Shown in pieces: positions 46,209-46,664 of a DNA stretch of 46,664 nt (its first letter is position 1; each line of letters opens with the position of its first letter). The position numbers and the translations under genes are program-made. Below the pieces are notes generated by a model that was not told where the DNA came from, did not search any database, and was given only the letters and a program-made list of their open reading frames with translations. Where the stretch lies: NCBI GenBank assembly GCA_947628985.1, contig CANRCA010000001.1:1-46664 (forward strand), written 5' to 3'. The DNA is from an uncultured Bacilli bacterium (lineage in GTDB: Bacteria > Bacillota_I > Bacilli_A > RF39 > UBA660).

Positions 46209-46664
46209 ATGGCAAAAGATTTAATTATAAGAAGCAGTAGTGCTGAGTTTATTATTTTTGAAAGACAAACGCATGATAAAGGAATTCAAGTTCGATTTGA
46301 AAATGGAGATTTGTGGTTGACACAGAAAGCAATTGGAGAATTATTTAACACAACAAGAAATAATATAACAATGCATATTAATGAAATATATAATAGTTAT
46401 GAATTGGATGAATCTGCAACTAGTAAGAAATTCTTACTAGTTCAACACGAAGGAAATAGGCAAGTAAAAAGAAATGTTCAATATTATAATTTGGATTTGG
46501 TAATATCTATTGGTTATAGAGTAAATTCGGATAGAGCAATTCAATTTCGTAGATGGGCTACTAATATATTAAAAGAGTTTTCTAAAAAGGGATATATTAT
46601 TGATAAAAAAAGAATGGAAAATGGAGCTTTCTTTGATGAAGACTATTATGAATCATTACTTGCT
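46209..46664 (+). CDS. rhuM: RhuM-family protein (5' part; runs off the window)
   Basis: ATG 46209, behind aaaggag. Open to the window end (152 codons). ..VRFENGDLWLTQKAIGELFNTTRNNITMHINEIY...YYNLDLVISIGYRVNSDRAIQFRRWAT is typical RhuM. Not in the supplied ORF track because it has no stop. Confidence 0.8.
   Translation, partial: MAKDLIIRSSSAEFIIFERQTHDKGIQVRFENGDLWLTQKAIGELFNTTRNNITMHINEIYNSYELDESATSKKFLLVQHEGNRQVKRNVQYYNLDLVISIGYRVNSDRAIQFRRWATNILKEFSKKGYIIDKKRMENGAFFDEDYYESLLA

Overview
Very AT-rich (about a quarter G+C by eye) chromosomal window from a Gram-positive, Bacillota-type organism. It uses the standard genetic code and is almost entirely + strand. Well-supported housekeeping content: proS behind a Pro-specific T-box; an L20-type leader followed by infC-rpmI-rplT; smr, rsmE and mtaB; one tRNA(CAT); tsaC-trpS; ecfA1-ecfA2-ecfT-truA; and cysS.

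Accessory material is interleaved with these genes:
1. At the 5' end, a tandem array of sortase-type (TPKTG motif) surface-protein paralogs. Its inter-paralog gaps hold two abortive-infection/TA modules. One is a type III TA locus: 2.1 copies of a 49-nt RNA repeat with a covarying pseudoknot, a terminator, then a ToxN/AbiQ-like toxin. The other is an AbiEi/AbiEii pair.
2. Two further TPKTG surface proteins, next to an MBOAT-DHHW acyltransferase pair.
3. Three paralogs that fuse a type IV prepilin signal (KKG|FTLVE) to BspA/DUF285-type leucine-rich repeats. No pilus machinery is in view.
4. (TA)n tracts sit in the promoter spacers of all five independently promoted surface genes.
5. A yybP-ykoY-like (Mn2+) leader in front of a soluble protein of unknown function.
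6. A compact 8-gene lipid/glycolipid cluster: acyl-AMP ligase, dedicated carrier protein, PPTase, two GT8 and two LPLAT acyltransferases.
7. A 3' region of decayed DinD/RhuM gene fragments, ending in a partial intact rhuM.

No rRNA, CRISPR array, transposase or integrase was seen. Family assignments come from motif recognition by eye and need HMM or BLAST confirmation.
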